Shown here: positions 59,749 to 64,000 of the stretch, one piece after another
Layout of the letters: the number at the start of each line of letters is the position of its first letter
Position numbering within the stretch: the stretch's first letter is position 1
Assembly (NCBI GenBank): GCA_048885525.1
Contig: JBHLLP010000012.1
Coordinates: 24,785 to 88,784 of the forward strand
DNA: 64,000 nucleotides
Direction of reading: 5' to 3'
From: Candidatus Hermodarchaeota archaeon
GTDB taxonomy: Archaea > Asgardarchaeota > Lokiarchaeia > Sigyniarchaeales > SOKP01
The notes under the pieces: model-generated
What the model saw: the letters and a program-made list of their open reading frames with translations, nothing else
Databases searched by the model: none
Told to the model about the DNA's origin: nothing
Position numbers and translations under genes: made by a program

Positions 59749-61245
59749 ATGATTGATGAGAATATGAGTGAAATTTTGTATGATTTAGCTGTTATAGGAG
59801 GGGGACCTGGGGGTTATCATTCAGCTATTAGAGCAGCTCAATATGGAGCAAAAGTAGCCCTGATTGAGAAAGAAAAGTTAGGAGGAACGTGCCTTAATTG
59901 GGGATGTATTCCTACAAAAGCCTTATATGCATCTGCTCACTTAATCGAAAATATTAAAAAAGCAAATGACTTTGGGATAGAAATATCAGATTATAAAGCA
60001 TCTTTTGCTCGGGCAGTAGAAAGAAAAAATAAAGTTGTTCAGGAATTAGTAGAAGGAATTGAAGCATTAGAAAAGGGTTGGAAAAATGATGTTTATTATG
60101 GATTCGGGAAAATAATTGGAGGAAATATGAATACTGGATTTGAAATTTCAATTGAAGGTAAAAATAACTCAATAATTAAAGCAAAAAGTGTTATTATTGC
60201 CACAGGATCTTCTCCAGCATTAATTCCTGCCTTCAATATTGACCATGAAAGAATCTTGACAAGTGATGATATTCTAGATCCTAACTTTAAATCGGTTCCA
60301 GATAGATTACTCATTATAGGTGCTGGGGTAATTGGGTGTGAATTTGCAAATATCTTTGCAACATTTGGGAGTAAAGTTACTATGTTAGAATACCTAGCCT
60401 CACCAATTGCAACCGAAGAACCGATGATTGTTAAAGTTCTTCAAAAAAAATTTGAAGAGGATGGGATCGAGATACATACTTCGCAAAATGTATTATCAGT
60501 AGAAAATACTGGCACTGGTATAAGAGCTACAACTTGCTCAGCAGAAGTTCCAAGAGATCAAATAGATAATGCTGAAAAACATACATTTGAAGCTGACCTT
60601 TGCTTAGTTTCTATAGGTCGGGCAAAAGAATCTAAAGACATTGGACTTGAACAGCTTGGTATTGAAACTGATCGAGGTGCTATAAAAGTTAATTCTGACA
60701 CATTAGAGACTGCAGTGAAAGGCATCTATGCAATAGGAGATGTTACAGGTGGAATTATGCTTGCCCATGTAGCAAGTTATGAGGGATATGTTGCTGTAGC
60801 GAATGCATTAGCAAGTATTGGCGGATTTCCTGTACATGAAATGAAAACGAATTATACAGTAGTCCCAGCAACAATATTTACTTCCCCAAACATAGGTTCT
60901 GTAGGATATAGAAGACAAATGGCAAAAAATTTAGGTTTTGAAGTTTTATTAGGACAATTTCCTTACCAATCCCTTGGTAAAGCTAAATGTATGGGTGAAG
61001 AGGAAGGTTTTATTATGGTTCTCGCCGATAAAGAAACTCATAAAATTTTAGGTGCTTCTTGTATTGGAACTGAAGCCCCAGAATTAATTGCTGAAATAGC
61101 TTTGGCAATGCAACATGGTTTAACTATTCATGATGTTACAGAAACCATACATAGCCACCCAACTATTTCTGAAATGGTGCTTGAAGGTTGTGAATCTGTT
61201 GTAGGTAAATCTATCCATAAAAAAGGACGCCCAATTCATCATTAA
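59749..61245 (+). CDS. lpdA: Dihydrolipoyl dehydrogenase
   Basis: GGGPGGY, GGTCLNWGCIPTK, GAGVIG, LAHVA, HSHPTISE. Start could be ATG 59764. Confidence 0.95.
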   Translation: MIDENMSEILYDLAVIGGGPGGYHSAIRAAQYGAKVALIEKEKLGGTCLNWGCIPTKALYASAHLIENIKKANDFGIEISDYKASFARAVERKNKVVQELVEGIEALEKGWKNDVYYGFGKIIGGNMNTGFEISIEGKNNSIIKAKSVIIATGSSPALIPAFNIDHERILTSDDILDPNFKSVPDRLLIIGAGVIGCEFANIFATFGSKVTMLEYLASPIATEEPMIVKVLQKKFEEDGIEIHTSQNVLSVENTGTGIRATTCSAEVPRDQIDNAEKHTFEADLCLVSIGRAKESKDIGLEQLGIETDRGAIKVNSDTLETAVKGIYAIGDVTGGIMLAHVASYEGYVAVANALASIGGFPVHEMKTNYTVVPATIFTSPNIGSVGYRRQMAKNLGFEVLLGQFPYQSLGKAKCMGEEEGFIMVLADKETHKILGASCIGTEAPELIAEIALAMQHGLTIHDVTETIHSHPTISEMVLEGCESVVGKSIHKKGRPIHH

Positions 61246-61326
61246 TTCTATTTACTTTTTTTTAATTTTGTTTAAAAGATAACTTACAGTTCTAATAAAA
61301 AATTAGAGAAAGACCAATGTTTAAGG

Positions 61327-63876
61327 TCATAAAAAGATAAAATAGTAATAAAGAGTAAATAGTGGCATTCCAATTAAACATAAAATAAACTGTGCTACTA
61401 TACTTGGTAAAATACTGTTTGCTTTAAAACTCAAATATGTAAATAAAAAACAAGGAAAAGAAAAAAATACAAGTATAAAAATTAAATAAAAATAAGAGAA
61501 AAGAATTAGGGGAAAAATTACAAAGTTTAAAAAAACTATATAATAGAATATTAGTAGCAATGTATCTATAACTATTGCTTTTCTTTTATTCAAATTCTCT
61601 AGTAGAATTGTTAAAATAATACCATGAAAGAAAACTTCTTGCCAGATTATATTAGAAAAAAACAAACTTAAGGTAAGAATATCCCAAAATTCAAAGTAGA
61701 TTTCTGCATCAATTATTAAATTTGCCAAAGAAATAAGAAATATTAGAAAAATTAATATTGAGACACCCCAAATAAAATATTTAGTTAATGATTTAGGCCA
61801 CCTAGCTTTAATGCTGATTAAATATTTTCTGATTGATTGTTGTCCATGTGGTAAATTGAGAACTTTTGGAATAATGATGATTAATAATGCAATAGAACTT
61901 AAATTATATAAAATGAGTAATATTAAATTTTTAATCACAAATTCAATTTGATATATACCATAAAAGTGGTAATAATAATAAGGAACAGGAAATAGTGTTC
62001 GATTTAAATAATATAATTGATAAATAGTTCCAAAAAACAATATGATTAGTAAAAATATAGAAATCCATGGATGTCTTAATAAGTATGTTCTTTTTGTTCC
62101 TTTCATGTATTTGGGTTCTTTTTTAAGATATAGTTTTGATTCTGGAATAATTGGTAGAATTTTATTGAAGAGAAGAATGGCACAAAGAAGACCTGTAATG
62201 GATATTGATAATAAAAAAATTACTAAATTAAGAAATTCGGTGTATGTGTAAAAAAGCCTAAAAAAAAATATTATTCCTAAGGAGATACTATACTGAATCC
62301 CTATGATTAAAATCCATTTTAAAAGGCGGTTGCCTTGGTTAATTTCTTCTATAACATAATGATGTTTAAACTTGCCAAAAAAAATAATTCTTAAATCAAA
62401 TATCAAAATAATAAACATCCAGCAAAAAAATAAAGAAGTTATTGCTGTTAAAAGTAAAATTATGAATTTAGGTGTAAAAAGATATAAAAAAATTGGAGCA
62501 AAAACAGCAAGAGTTTGTAGAAAAATTAATAAAATTAATTTTGCTTTTGCTTGATCACGACCGTTGATAGGCAATGAAGCAAGAACAGATTCTCCAGAAA
62601 TTTCTATGTTTAATATACCATATACTAACATACTTGAGATAACAGGGTTAATAAGTAATATGCTTATTAAATTTAAGAGAAAATCTCTCTCTATTACGGT
62701 TTTTTCACCCATATTAATAAGACCGAAGGAAAATGTAAAAATACATGAAAAAATTATTGGGATTATCATACTTAAGAGCATTTTGAGATCTCTTGTAGCA
62801 ATAGATAAATCTTTATGTAAATATGCCAAAATTGGTGAACGTGTTTTAATATTGATTTGGTTTTCATCTTTAAATGATTTGATTCTATTTCTTTCCTTAA
62901 TTTCTTGAAGATTAGAATATGTTATCCTTTCAAGAGATTTTAATGCTCTTAGATGGATCAACCATGTTAAAGATATAAAAAATCCTAATCCAATAAAAAT
63001 ACTTATCAATAAGAATATGGGTATTCCTTTATTCACAATAATAAATGATATGAGGTAACTTGGATTAAATGGATAAGGTAATATACTTAGAAATGTAGTT
63101 ATTATTGAAATATCTTCAATTGTAATAATTAATTGAATAACTTTATCAAATGAAAATAAAATCCCCTGAATCATATAAATTCCTCCAAGAACTACTATAA
63201 TATAACTAAGATTATGAAATAATCGAATTATAAATCCTTTTTTTGAACTACTTTTATTGAAAGCTAAGAATCGACTTAGTTTTTCTCCAAATATTATAAT
63301 AATATCAAAAGAAAGTATGAAATTCAAAAATGAGATACCTAAAGATACTAAAAAAATAATGATGCTTTGAGTTAAAGCTATCATTGTAATTGGAAATGCT
63401 AATATTAGTACGACTATTGGAATATCAAAAGTTCTAAAAATAGTTAAAGCAACTAACTTATGTAACTTATCTCTTGAAATTGGTAAAGTCTCAAACCACC
63501 GAAAAACACTACCTGATAGAATCATACTAGATTCTAATAACCCCATTAGAAAGAAATTTAAAAATTGTAAAATAAAATATAACGTTAAGATAACACCTCC
63601 AATTAAAATTACACGTTCCACAGAAACATTAAGATCCAATAAATTATCAACAATATTTGAATAAACTAATGAAGGTATTATAGGTAGAAAGCCAAAAACT
63701 AAAGCATAAATGATTTTGGAAATTAATACCTTTATTTTGAGAATTCTCTGTTGTTTTTTGTATCTTTCTAAAATTTTTAATTGATAAATTCCCTTGGTTT
63801 GAAGTAAGGATTCAAGATAAAGCTCTTTGTTCACTTTTTTTGCTATTGAAAACAAACTCAATTTTTTGTCACACAT
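61327..63876 (-). CDS. Large polytopic membrane protein: ABC-2/export permease-like region plus degenerate CPBP(Abi)-like C-terminal domain
   Basis: Many TM helices; permease-like TLPIS, KDLSIATRD, LASLPI...AKAK; C-terminal WQEVFFHGII and SILPSI resemble the CAAX protease EExxFRG region. Confidence 0.6.
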   Translation of the reverse strand: MCDKKLSLFSIAKKVNKELYLESLLQTKGIYQLKILERYKKQQRILKIKVLISKIIYALVFGFLPIIPSLVYSNIVDNLLDLNVSVERVILIGGVILTLYFILQFLNFFLMGLLESSMILSGSVFRWFETLPISRDKLHKLVALTIFRTFDIPIVVLILAFPITMIALTQSIIIFLVSLGISFLNFILSFDIIIIFGEKLSRFLAFNKSSSKKGFIIRLFHNLSYIIVVLGGIYMIQGILFSFDKVIQLIITIEDISIITTFLSILPYPFNPSYLISFIIVNKGIPIFLLISIFIGLGFFISLTWLIHLRALKSLERITYSNLQEIKERNRIKSFKDENQINIKTRSPILAYLHKDLSIATRDLKMLLSMIIPIIFSCIFTFSFGLINMGEKTVIERDFLLNLISILLINPVISSMLVYGILNIEISGESVLASLPINGRDQAKAKLILLIFLQTLAVFAPIFLYLFTPKFIILLLTAITSLFFCWMFIILIFDLRIIFFGKFKHHYVIEEINQGNRLLKWILIIGIQYSISLGIIFFFRLFYTYTEFLNLVIFLLSISITGLLCAILLFNKILPIIPESKLYLKKEPKYMKGTKRTYLLRHPWISIFLLIILFFGTIYQLYYLNRTLFPVPYYYYHFYGIYQIEFVIKNLILLILYNLSSIALLIIIIPKVLNLPHGQQSIRKYLISIKARWPKSLTKYFIWGVSILIFLIFLISLANLIIDAEIYFEFWDILTLSLFFSNIIWQEVFFHGIILTILLENLNKRKAIVIDTLLLIFYYIVFLNFVIFPLILFSYFYLIFILVFFSFPCFLFTYLSFKANSILPSIVAQFILCLIGMPLFTLYYYFIFL

Positions 63877-64000
63877 ACACTTTTTTCATAAATTTTCATT
63901 TCTAAGAGCTTTATTAAAATAGTTAATCTATATTTTTAATAATTACAAATTTGTCATCTGCAATACAAATGATATCTTATTTAAATAATTTTGAAGAGTA

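Noticed and set aside
1-64000. tRNA, rRNA, CRISPR arrays, transposases, integrases, proviral genes
   Set aside because: No GC-rich structured intergenic segments, repeat-spacer arrays or mobility motifs seen by eye; tRNAscan-SE and Infernal would be needed to exclude small RNAs formally.

Overview
AT-rich, gene-dense archaeal chromosomal segment, most likely from an Asgard archaeon (Lokiarchaeia-like). The taxon is inferred from archaeal information-processing genes (Rpo3, L18e, thermosome, EF-1beta, Sm, Rio2) occurring with four small-GTPase genes, a gelsolin-like domain and a eukaryote-like PPP phosphatase. The left end carries a hdrA::mvhD-hdrC-hdrB-metV-metF cluster, a putative electron-bifurcating methylene-tetrahydropterin reductase. 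The middle holds housekeeping genes (pckG, thermosome, trpS, trmI, glyA, rpo3-rpl18e-rpl13-rps9, aroA/aroC), a Clp1-like kinase, an orphan adenine DNA methyltransferase and hydrolases. The right part has a 2-oxoacid:ferredoxin oxidoreductase cluster split by two multi-PAS histidine kinases, mutS/mutL, EF-1beta, a Rab-like GTPase and lpdA. Best candidates for undescribed biology: (1) a tightly coupled circularly permuted ATP-grasp ligase plus M14-type peptidase pair preceded by a perfect 14-bp direct repeat, a possible peptide writer/eraser system; (2) a gelsolin-like domain fused to about 4 transmembrane helices, a possible membrane anchor for actin; (3) a GTPase whose P-loop lies upstream of any usable canonical start codon; (4) a Rab-like pseudo-GTPase with a Cys-rich tail. 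No tRNA, rRNA, CRISPR array or transposase was recognised by eye. All family calls come from motif recognition, not database searches.
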